This document shows positions 1 through 10,467 of a DNA stretch of 64,000 nt, piece by piece (within the stretch, counting starts at the first letter, position 1; each line of letters opens with the position of its first letter). The stretch comes from Callorhinchus milii. Taxonomy: Eukaryota. A model generated the notes under the pieces. The model saw only the letters and a list, made by a program, of their open reading frames with translations. It was not told the DNA's origin and did no database searches. The position numbers were made by a program, and so were the translations under genes. Location of the stretch: NCBI RefSeq assembly GCF_018977255.1, contig NW_024704743.1, forward strand, positions 6,450,001-6,514,000, read 5' to 3'.

Positions 1-935
1 TAAATTAGCCATGATTTCTGTATCGCAAGCATTTACAAAATGCAGTGAAATATTGCATAAAAATAGATGCAGTTACAAAGGTCATGCATTATATATATAG
101 CACACATAAAATATAGCATGCATAACATGTGTAACTTTGCACTGTTTCAGGTTTTAATTAAATTACTATTGGGCAAAGAACACATTTACAAAAATGATTT
201 TTTAAAATTATTTTTGCTTGCTTTTCTGTTTTGTATACAATTACAAATTTGTCTACAATTTCAGTCCTGTTATGAAATCGAGTATCTAGTCTGCACAGTC
301 AGAGGAAATATTCTGTCCAGGACATACACTTAACTGTTGGGTCCGCATATATGGTTACATGTGCACTTTGTCCAGTGTTTTATTTCTTGTGCTTTTCATT
401 GGATGCTTTTCACTGGGTGATTTCAAAATTAAGTATTTAATGGCTTCAATGCATTAAGCGTTAATATATCAATATCATTTGCACCTACATATATTAAAAC
501 ATAAACTTCATATTTGTTTCTCATAAACATAAACTTGGGTTGTAGATATAACTGAGTGATATTTTGTTCATTTTTCCATAATTTATATTGCTGCTTTTCC
601 ATATACTTTTGTTTATCTGATTTTTTTTGAGTCTGTGGCATAACCTAAATTGCAATGTATCAAATTCTCTTTTTACACAGGTCACTGTCAAAACTGCAAT
701 TGTTAATTCAACTATAGCATCTTAAAGAATTAGGGCTTGACAATGAGAATCTTAATTCATAATTGTAAATAAATCCATTTGGCATTATGAATTGCATTCC
801 TCATGTTAGTTAGTCTGGAAATTGTTTAACAAATGGTCATTTCACAACGGTTTATGGTAGTGTAAGGTATTGCATCAGCATATTTAAATAAAAGTTCCAC
901 ATGTACTTTAACTTCTAACTTACTTGTCTTTTTTA
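1..935 (+). other. Possible 3' UTR end of a neighbouring plus-strand gene
   Basis: Repeat-free AT-rich block with AATAAA at 887-892 followed by a T-rich tract. RAB18 lies near the MKX 3' side in human as I recall, but no coding sequence is visible here. Confidence 0.3.
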
Positions 936-1009
936 ATACATTAATCATTTAGTTCATATTGAATGTGCTGATATATCCATGTATTACTTTGAGGAGCCAT
1001 TCATTCCTG

Positions 1010-1290
1010 CAACAACAACTTGCTTTTATATGGAGCCCTTCTCGCGAGTAGTGTCTCGGAGTGCTTAACAGCAGTGTGACTTGATGCTGATTCGGGAGGG
1101 GATGTGACCAAAGGCACAGTCGACAAGGAAAGTCTTCAGGTGTGATCTGAAGATGGGCAAAGGGGGGGAAAGATGGAGGGATTGAGGTAAGGAGTTCCAA
1201 AGATTCAGGGCCTAGTGGCTGAAAGTACAAGTGGCAATCGTGGAGCAGAAGGGACGAGGTACGTGCAGAAAACCTGGGCCAGAAGATCCC
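1010..1290 (-). mobile_element. L2 LINE 3' fragment (old)
   Basis: Reverse complement resembles the 3' ends of other L2 copies in the window (ctctggaactc...aagaccttcct, GTT tail). Confidence 0.7.
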
Positions 1291-1299
1291 AAGATTGGT

Positions 1300-1640
1300 C
1301 TGGATGAAGAAGACCCTTCAATCCATCTGATCTTTTATCGCTCCATAACACCCTACCACACTCTTTCCTTCACTTCTTAAACGAGTAGAGTATCCTGGCC
1401 TCAGCTACATTTCCTGGCAACCTGTGCCAGTCGTTGATTGCCCTCTGCTTAAACAACACTCGCTGGTATTTGTTCTGGAATTGCCCTTTACAACTCTAAA
1501 CCTATGTCCTCTTGCTCTGCTGACATGGTGCATCCCAAAGTATTTATCTGGGTTTACCTTTTCAATCCCATTTAAAATTTTGTGCCCCTCTATGGGGTTC
1601 CCTCTGAGTTGTCTTCTCTCAAGACTGAATGAAGAGCCCT
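1300..1640 (-). mobile_element. CR1-type LINE 3' fragment
   Basis: Minus strand reads RGHRFRVVKG..., resembling the TRGH motif at the CR1 ORF2 C-terminus. Confidence 0.6.
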
Positions 1641-1949
1641 AGTCATTGCTCATAAGCTGGGCTAATAGAAAAGTGCGGAAATATTTGCCAAAGATAGATT
1701 ACGGGGAGATTGGCAAATTGCGGGGAAAATTTTGGCAAATTTTGCAGAAAATTACATGGAATTGATTGGTTCTGTTGAGGTACATTTTACTGCCAACCTA
1801 CATGTTTTCAATTTATTGATAAAAACTAAACATGAGAAAATAACACATACTAGATTGTTGAATACAAAATATTAGTTTCTTTAACAAAAACTAGGTTACC
1901 CATTTTTTTTTCAAGTGGGTGAGGGGAAGGGGGAGACACCAACGAGGCT

Positions 1950-3140
1950 ACAAGAGCTTACCACCTCCTGGGATGGGGGGGTGACCGTAGGCACGGTTGA
2001 ATAGGTTGAACAGGAAGGTTTTCAGGCGCAACCTGAAATGGGGAAGGAAGGGGAAAGGCGAAGGAATAGAGGAAGAGTGTTCCAGAGTTCTAGAGTTTCG
2101 ACCACCAATGGTAGAAAAGAGGGCACGAGGGAAATGCATAAGGCTGGAGCCAATTGTGGGTTGAGCAGGTTGGAGAGGTAGGGAGCTGCCAGGGCATGAA
2201 GGAGTTTGAAACCGAGTGAGAGGATCTTGAATTTGATCCGTTTGGCAATAGGGAGCCAGTGAAGTCTGGCAAGGACTGGTGTGATGGGGCTGCGGAGTTT
2301 TTTGCGGGTGTGTATACGGGCAGCGGAGTTTTGGATCAGCTGGATCCTGTGCATGGTAGAGCTGGGGAGACCGGCAAAGAGGGCATTTGAGAAGTCGAGT
2401 TGAGAGGTGACGAACGCATGGACGAGTGTTTCAGCTGCGTCTGGGATAAGGAGGAGGGCAATGTGGCGGAGGTGGAGGAAGATGTTCCTGGTCAAGGACC
2501 GGGTGTGGGGAAGTAAGGTCAGCTGTGGGTTGAACCTGACCTAAGCTGCACACTAGTTTGGTAAATCTGAGGGATAGGCCGGTGAGGTTGAAGGTCAGAT
2601 CCAATGACAGGAGCCAATGAGGATTGCTTCCTTCTGGTCGACATTGAGCTGCAGGACGTTTTTGCTCATCCAGGCCCTGATGTCTGCCAGACAAGCAGAG
2701 AGAACATCGGTGGACATGGAGTCACAGCTGGAGAAGTAGATTTGTATGTCATCCGCAGACATGTGGAAGTTTACCCTGTGTCTGCGGATGACATTGCCAA
2801 GAGGGAGCGTGCAGATGAGGAAGTCAAGGGAGCCAAGGTGAAGCCCTGGGGTACACCACAGGTGACCGGGCGGTGGCAGGAAAATAAGCCGTTTGAGGAT
2901 GTAAAGTGAAGACGGTTTTTTTGGTAGCTAGTGCGGCCCCACTAAGGAGGATGAAGGAGAAGAAGCGATGGATGAGGTTGGCGTGGTTGACTGTGTCGAA
3001 CACAGTGGAGAGATCCAGGAGGATGAGGGGGCAGATGAAACCTTGGTCACAGAGAGAGAGAACATGGTTTGTGACCTAGACAAGCGCCGCCTCTGTGCTA
3101 CGGGAAGGTGGAAACCAGACTGGAGGGGCTCGTGGAGGGA
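1950..3140 (-). mobile_element. L2 LINE, RT domain to 3' end, frameshifted
   Basis: ORF 2022..2495 has AAETLVHAFVTSQLDFSN...HWLPIAKRIKFKIL, typical of the L2 ORF2 C-terminus. Degenerate YADD (MSADD) near 2755 and PQG motif near 2845. Confidence 0.9.
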
Positions 3141-3410
3141 GAAGTGAAACACATAGAGAGAAAGAGACACCTGCACAGACACTCACAAACACATATAGAG
3201 TGAGAGAGACGCATCCACAGGGACACACACCCACACTCGGAGACACAGGGAGAGACACACACACACAGAGTGACACACACACACACTCAGACACAACGCG
3301 ACATACATACGCACAGACCGGGGAGAGAAACATACACATTCACGCTGAAACACTCATAAACACACACACAAACACATAGAACAGACACTCACAAACACAT
3401 AGAGAGAGAG

Positions 3411-3441
<31 letters not shown>

Positions 3442-3445
3442 GACT
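3140..3445. repeat. Compound (CA)n/(GA)n microsatellite
   Basis: Directly visible. It generates the low-complexity ORFs at 3076-3571. Confidence 0.9.
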
Positions 3446-3479
3446 GACAGCAATCACAACAGCAGGGCCTCCCAAGTGA

Positions 3480-3595
3480 AGCCCATTTCCTACTTGCGCG
3501 TCCAGAGCCGCCCTGGACGCACACAGTGACGTCGGGTAAACAGCGAGAGGTCCACGGGCCAGAAACTCCATTTATAGCTGGTTTCTATTGGCCCA
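3480..3595 (-). promoter_or_regulatory. CpG-rich CCAAT + TATA promoter-like module
   Basis: Minus strand: CCAAT (3587-3591), TATAAA (3571-3576), CRE-like TGACGTCG (3527-3534) and a hairpin at 3495-3523. Confidence 0.35.
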
Positions 3596-3599
3596 GTTC

Positions 3600-3880
3600 A
3601 TAAATATAACTCATTCCTCCAGCACTGGGAATCATTCATGTTGCTCACTGCTGCACCCACCTCTAGGGTCCCCCTTATGTTGTGATCAAAGTATTCAAGG
3701 TGTGGTCTGACCAGAACTCCATACTGTCTGAGAATAACATCTAAGGATGTAAACTCAACTGGCTTAGCAATAGAACCTAGCCTCTTTATTTTCCTCATTT
3801 ATCATTTATTTGTTTTATGCTTCCCGGCCATCTATTAGCTCATTATTGATTGAATTCTAACCTTCAAGTGTCTTTTCGAG
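3600..3880 (-). mobile_element. CR1-type LINE fragment
   Basis: ORF 3598..3798 contains YGVLVRPHLEY (CR1 ORF2 motif LVRPHLEY). Confidence 0.8.
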
Positions 3881-4017
3881 GTTACATTCTGCAAGACTAC
3901 TAAAGTGAAAGAGATGGCTACCTTTGGAGAAGTGCTCTCAAATCTCCTTTTTTCTATTAATCTTTTGATTCTCTATTTAATTGTTTTTTCTGTGTTGGTG
4001 TCAGCTTCCTTGAAGTT

Positions 4018-4333
4018 AATAATATAATAATAATCGTTGCATTTGATATAGTGCTTTTCATGTCTTCTCAACGTCTCAAAGCGCTTCATAGAATAGACTG
4101 TAAAATGAATTGACCGTATATTTGTGGGCGAACGCGGCAGCCAATTTCGCACAGCAGTGTCCCACAAACAGTCGTGGATTGAAAATGACCAATTTATTAT
4201 TATTTTGTTTTGGAGGGATTATTATTACGCATGTGGAGTAAGGAAACTTGCCCAAGATTTCGCCTGGCCGGGAATCGAATCCAGGTGTCTCTCTTGCAAG
4301 GCAAGTGCTCTAATCGCTGAGCTACAGGACTCC
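4018..4333 (-). mobile_element. tRNA(Ala)-headed SINE, centrally deleted variant
   Basis: Head GGAGTCCTGTAGCTCAG with A/B boxes and an (ATT)n tail. Lacks the central ~70 nt found in other copies. Confidence 0.9.
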
Positions 4334-4829
4334 AATAATGAGGGACATCAACAAGTAGGTCAATAGAAATCTCCAAATTACTGTCTGTGCTTGCCCTGAA
4401 TGCTCATTTCAAGCTGTATCCATCAGCCGATTTCAATGAGCCTGGACTAAACGTTTCTGGCTAAACTGCTTCCAATGCGAGATGCCAATCCACAAGATTT
4501 CCTGTGTAGCTGCTTGGTGACATCAGGAGTAAAGAAAGGCCAAAATGAAGAGGCTCACTGGAGGGGGGAACTATTAAAATTAATAACATGTCCTATTAAC
4601 TAAGATGTTTAGACATTTTCTTCAGAATATATAGCCCGAAGGGATTGATCCAATCTTCCCCACACACGCACTCCTATAAACTACTTTGGGAGATAGTTCT
4701 GGATACTCATAAGTAGCCCACGACTGGATCTGGATTCACTGCTGACAGCAATTCATAAATTTGTCCTGTAATCAATTAAAATAATTAGGTTAAAATTTTG
4801 CACAGACCCTATGAGACACTTAAGTCTAA

Positions 4830-5040
4830 ATAATAATAATCTTTCCAGTCAATAAAGTAGGAGCAGAGAGTATACATGGAAATGAGTGAAAAGTAAACTT
4901 AGAACGGATGCTAGAGAAAACGTATTTAGTTGAAAGAGTGATAAATGTTCATAATAATATGTCAAGGAAGATAATGGAGGCAAAATCACATTAGGTTAAT
5001 TCAAAATGCAATTAAATGCCATGGTGAGAGTTAAGAATGA
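4830..5040 (+). mobile_element. CR1-type LINE 3' remnant
   Basis: Degenerate CR1 C-terminal coding pattern (...KLRTDARE...RVINV...). Confidence 0.45.
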
Positions 5041-5194
5041 GATTCAGTGAATGAATGTTTTTTTCTTCAAACCTGACTTAAGTTTTTTTTAAAGGAGAAT
5101 CTGTATTGTATATCAGCCCTATTTAGTTGCTAGGACCTTCACCTCTTGAGTGAGAAGGTTGTGGGTTAAACCACAGGGTGGGACTTTGAGCATA

Positions 5195-5650
5195 TAGAGA
5201 GCAGTAGAGTTCTGGATTGTATACAGCATGTGTAGGTAAGAGCTGGGGAGTCCTGTGAGCAGGGCTTTTGTGTAGTCAAGCATGGACATGATCAAAATTT
5301 GGATGAGGGTCTTGGCGGCCGAGTAAGAGGTGGAACGTGAGTGAAATCTAAGAGGGTAAGAACACAGATGTGGGGTTTGAAGGACAGTTGGGAGTCAAGC
5401 AAGACACAGAGGTTATATGTAATATTACGATAAGTTTCTTCTGTTCTCCTCTAAGGCTTGTGGATGGAGTGCTGCAGAGTTCCACTGGGGGGAGAAGAGA
5501 GAGAGAAAAATTAAAGTTGCTCATCTGTCTAGTATGGCTGAACACACACGGTATACAGAACACAGACAGTACTGTAATAGTAAAGAAGTCAGTGAGTCAG
5601 ACTGGCCCTTCTTTTCCTAGCCGAATAGTGTGAGAGCAAGTGATCCGCAA
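5195..5650 (-). mobile_element. Old L2 RT fragment
   Basis: Similar to the RT region of the L2 at 2300-2900. Confidence 0.55.
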
Positions 5651-6020
5651 AGGAGTAAGGGAAGAGAAATGCGACTAACACTTCACACAAAAATAACGTG
5701 ATCACATTTTGGATGAAAATTCATTGAGATGTGTTGTTGAAAGCGCTCGTTTGCCTGTAAGTGTTCTCCATTTAGAGGTGTGGAAAGCGTAATCATACAA
5801 TTTGAAAGCATAATAAATGAAACGTGCAACTGATATGTAAGATGTTCTGGTGCTGTTGAAAAAAAATTGGCAGCATATTTCCTGCATCTGTCTAAATTCT
5901 CCATAATATGTATATTGCTCTGTAACACCAGTGCTGCATTTAAACTGCTGATCATTCTTCACAGGATTACCCTGCATACCTGGATACCCTTCCAGGACAC
6001 TGTTTCCCCATTCCACATTG

Positions 6021-6097
6021 TAATAATAATAATAATAATAATAATCCTTGCATTTGATATAGCGCTTTTCACGTCGGGAGGACGTCCCAAAGCGCTT
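6021..6097 (-). mobile_element. Tail-only SINE/L2 insertion (3' stem-loop + (ATT)n)
   Basis: 52 nt identical to 10159-10210. Ends at the base of the stem. Confidence 0.85.
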
Positions 6098-9000
6098 GAG
6101 TTGTGCATCTAACCGTGCTATATTTTTAAAAGCAGAAACATCTTCAAAGTAAATATTTTTCACGCTAGACAAAATTTTGCATCTGGGTGGTTTATTTTCA
6201 TGGTGACTGCTGGTTCCACTTAGATCATGCTGCGATCTTTCTGTTTTTTTATCCTGTTTTACTCGTATTCCACATGCTTGCACACATTTAAAATGACATT
6301 GCATTATTTTTCTTGATTCATCACAATTTAAATATTTTAAAATACAATTTTTTTTTACAAAATACAATGACTTTATACACAGGCATTTTCACAAAGCAAA
6401 GGGACACGTTTGCAATCTGGTTTAGCTGGTGGAATGCATTTTGCAGTTAAATCTATGTATTATTTCAACCCGGAAATTGCCACCCGCCCAATGGGAAGAT
6501 AAACTGTTAAAAGAATTTCTCATTGTATGGAAAGAATCACAAATATTCCAAAATGTCAGATATTTTTGCATACAGTGTTGTGATTTAGGTCTCATCCGTA
6601 ACCACATCCTGATGTGGAATGGAATGAGAGGGAAGAAGAGAAGTTACGCACACGTTTCAGTAACACAATGGAAAAAGTTTGCCTTGTAAAAAATACCAAG
6701 GACTCTGGCAAACAAAACGATATTTAAAAAAAAACTTTCCTTGAATTGTCACATACATTGTTCAGTCTCAGGTTTGAAGTGAGTTAAATTAAACAATATT
6801 TCACATGTAAGTTATATTACCCTCCCCTCTGTGAACGGATCTCCCCAATCAGCAGTGGTGAAATATAGTATCACTTTATATTAGATTTGCCTGTGCCAGT
6901 GTTTTTAGGGCCACCTAATGTGGGTGTGGATGGCAAAAAGAAATTGAATTTTGAGCTGTTTCACGTTCCTTATAATATTATTCATAACTTTTATAGTAAA
7001 ACTTATCAAATTATGCTGATTATTCTATTATTACAGCCGTTGCATAATTGCAATGTTTATTTTGTATTCCAGTGTGCAGAGCATTTAATTTTTATATTCT
7101 ATACTGTTACCCATTCCAAGGCAATATTTACAAAAAGACAAAACATTGGCACCATCAATACAGTGAAGAATATATAAAGTAAACCTTTGTTAAAATTGCT
7201 CCATTTTGAATCCGGAAAGAAAGCAAATACATTTCACGTTCAGATGTAATTTGCTTTCACTTTCCTTATGGGAAAGTAATTGGCTTTCCTTATTAAATTA
7301 ACATGGTTTGCTGAAGATTGCAATATTTACTAAACAGCCCATGGGAGGAGGGGTGGGGTGGATTGGAATTAACCATATGTTCTTTCAGATCAATGGCTCT
7401 GCTGGCCTTATAGCTTCTTATTATACAAAATGAAATGAAAGCATGTATATTACTATAGATGTTTTCAAGACCACTTTTATTTTTGAAGTAAGACAGAGTT
7501 GTTGGGAGCAAAGGGATTATACCTTAACTGGAGAATAATTTTTGAATGTTTGAAAGGGTTTCAAATGTTGCACATATGTGATCTTTAGAGCAAAATGAAA
7601 TGTAATCTAATAGACCACTTAGTGTCTTAGAGTCTGTAATTGCCAAGCCATCATTATGTCTTGCCCAGTTTAATTCCCATCAAAATCTCCCCGAATCTGC
7701 ACTTGCAAGAAGGCAGGGGAATCTTGGTACTTTTAGAAAAAATCTGAGGGATCTGGGAATAAAAAAGAAATTGCTGAAGCTGCAAAGTAGGGCAGATTTG
7801 ATTGCAAAAGTGAATGTTTTTTTTCTTATTAGATTAGTTTTAAAATCAACACATTCAGTCCGTCATCTTCTTTAATTTGGCATCATAAATTATCTTAGTG
7901 ATTTGGAGGAAGTACAGATTGAAGCTATTTTATTATTATCAATTCACTCTCTACTCTCATTCTAAACCATTTATTAAATGGTTGTTTTAGGATTTTTTTA
8001 GTATCCAGTATGTATTTTAAATACATTGACAATGTGATAATCGTTTTAGTCCATTAATTTGATTAACAGGACATGTTGGCACAATAGTTATTAGTGCTTT
8101 CCTCGCCTCAGGTCTATTCTCTCACCTTACCTGGTACTGACTACCACCTTCCTCAAGCCAGATGGGCAGAGCAGTTTGGTCCATGGTTGTCTACATTGGT
8201 TGTCAATGCTGCTCAGTCATCTGTTGATATTGAAGGTTTCCTTACATTTTGGATTCACCACAACCATCTACCTCATGGCTCTTTGACAAAGGCAAGGAGG
8301 CAATGAACATGTGAAACGTAGATAAGAGCAGGCAAACAAATAAAAATAAAACCAGCTACTGGTGATTTGCTTGCTTGAAAAAGATGACCGATGATCCCAT
8401 TTTCAACTCATTCTCCTTGAAACACAGGAAACATTGCATCTAGACTTGTGAGCTAACTCAAATATTGTGGCGTGTATTCTTCCTCGGTGTCGTTCAAGCA
8501 CATTGCTGGTGCTGTCTTTGAGGTAGCTAATTGCATTTTCATCTGCCGGTCTGCAACTGCTGCTGAAGCTGTTAATTCAGTATTCTGTTCTTGCTTCTGA
8601 ATCAATAGCATTCTACAAAGGGAAAATTAAACACTTTTTGTTTTGTTTGTAGGAGCTGTAGTGGTTAACCATTTGGCCCACTAAGTCTGCATTCGTATTG
8701 TTCTCCACGTGAGCTGCCTAATTTCATCTGACACTCCTGATCGGTACTTTTATCATTCCACTTTTTCAAAAATCTATCCCAATGCTATTCAAAATAGTTT
8801 CCGAACTCTTCCTCAACAATGGTTTGTGGCAGAGAATTACACATCTTCCTTCTATGAAAAATAAATAGATTCAATGAAGCTGAGCCAGGCAATGGCAATC
8901 TCCTAACACCCATTGAAGGAAAAAAAGCATTGCTTTACTTCCAATTCGGCAAAGTATCCTGTGGGGCCAACTCACCTAATGTGATGTGGATTCAAACAAC

Positions 9001-9594
9001 AGGTAGCCATGGGACTCAAACCTTGGGCAAAAAATGTTTCAGAAACATTTTTTATTGGTCAGTCAAGTGTCTGATGCATGCAGAAGTCCAACACCATGCT
9101 TAATCTCACTTCTTATCATGATAAAATTGCTGAGCTCAGAGACTCACTGAGGGAAATCACAAGGTAAAATCCACATTCTTCTGCACAGTACGTTCGTGTT
9201 GGTAGGCCTCCGTTATAAACGTGAACATTTCGATTGCCTTCTCAAGTATAGATTATCACCGGACAGCACTGATTGTTGAAAACTCTAGGGAAATTGTGGA
9301 CGAGCATCCATGATGTCTTAAACCTGGGTTCTGAAAGCTAATAAATGTGTGAATCCTGGAACTGTGAGTGAGGAGAAACACATTTTCACTGGAAATTGTT
9401 TCACTTAACAAGGCTGTAATAATAATTTTATGGTGCATTGATTTTCTAAAATTCACTGGTGAGTTTTGTGGTTTATACTGTGTTCATTCACAGTTGCAGT
9501 TTCTCACATAAACTCTTGGTTAGATACTTTGCCTGAAATGTTTTCATGTTTTGCTGAGAAAAAATCCAAACATTCCTTTCTATTAAAAAAATTG

Positions 9595-9750
9595 GTCACT
9601 CAATCCACGACTGTTTGTGGGACACTGCTGTGCGTAATTGGCCACTGGCTTCGCCCACAAAATATACAGTCAATTAACTTTACAGTATATTCTGTGAAGT
9701 GCTTTGAGAAGATGTGATAAGGTGCTATATTAAATGCAAAGATTATTATT
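9595..9750 (+). mobile_element. 5'-truncated SINE (3' half)
   Basis: gtttgtgggacactgctgtgcg...aaatgcaaagattattatt. Confidence 0.85.
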
Positions 9751-9759
9751 AAGAGTATC

Positions 9760-10120
9760 CAAACCAAACTGAGAGTTCCATGCATTCTACCTGTACATGT
9801 AAATTAATTGAAATGGAATGCTCACTCTCCAGGAGGGATGCATCCTGTTTACCTAATTCCGGAGAGTATTAGGTGTTGGCTGGTAAGAGCAAAGGCTTGG
9901 AGCCTCAGATTGTGTGTGTTGGTACGCTGCTGGAGTCTAACCAGCTAAAACTATATGGCTTGGGCTTGAAAGCACTGTCTGGAAAGCTTTCCCCCTGCTT
10001 GTCCAGCTAGGACCACAATACCCATTGGGGCTTTAGCTTGAAGGCAAACGGGAGCTGAGTGGGAAGAATTCCTATCCCCAGTGACTGGTTTGCCCTTGCA
10101 AGCCATACCAATGAACCACG
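9760..10120 (+). repeat. Unclassified interspersed repeat (family X)
   Basis: Homologous to 59590-59925 (+), 20750-20880 (+), 24440-24545 (+) and 61030-61215 (-). Confidence 0.75.
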
Positions 10121-10125
10121 CTGGT

Positions 10126-10126
<1 letters not shown>

Positions 10127-10158
<32 letters not shown>

Positions 10159-10467
10159 CCTTGCATTTGATATAGCGCTTTTCACGTCGGGAGGACGTCC
10201 CAAAGCGCTTCACAGAACACCCTGTAAAGTGAATTGACTGTATATTTGTGGGCGAACGCGGCAGCCAATTGCGCACAGCAATGTCCCACAAACAGTCGTA
10301 GATTGAAAATGACCAATTTAATTATTGTTTTTAGTTTTGGAGGGATTATTATTAGGCTCTGTGTGGAGTAAGGAAACTTGCCCAAGGTTTCGCCCTCTGC
10401 CTGGAATTGAACTCAGGTCTCTCACTTGCAAAGCGAGTGCTCTAACCACTGAGCTACAGGACTCCAC
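10127..10467 (-). mobile_element. tRNA(Ala)-headed SINE, centrally deleted variant with L2-type tail loop
   Basis: Complete head with A/B boxes, CpGs retained, (ATT)n tail. Confidence 0.9.

Noticed and set aside
3076..3571. CVCV/THTH-rich ORFs
   Set aside because: Translations of the (CA)n/(GA)n microsatellite.
5702..6367. 221-aa minus-strand ORF
   Set aside because: It runs through a SINE tail (YYYYYYYY from ATT repeats) and AT-rich DNA, with no recognisable domain. Likely a chance ORF.
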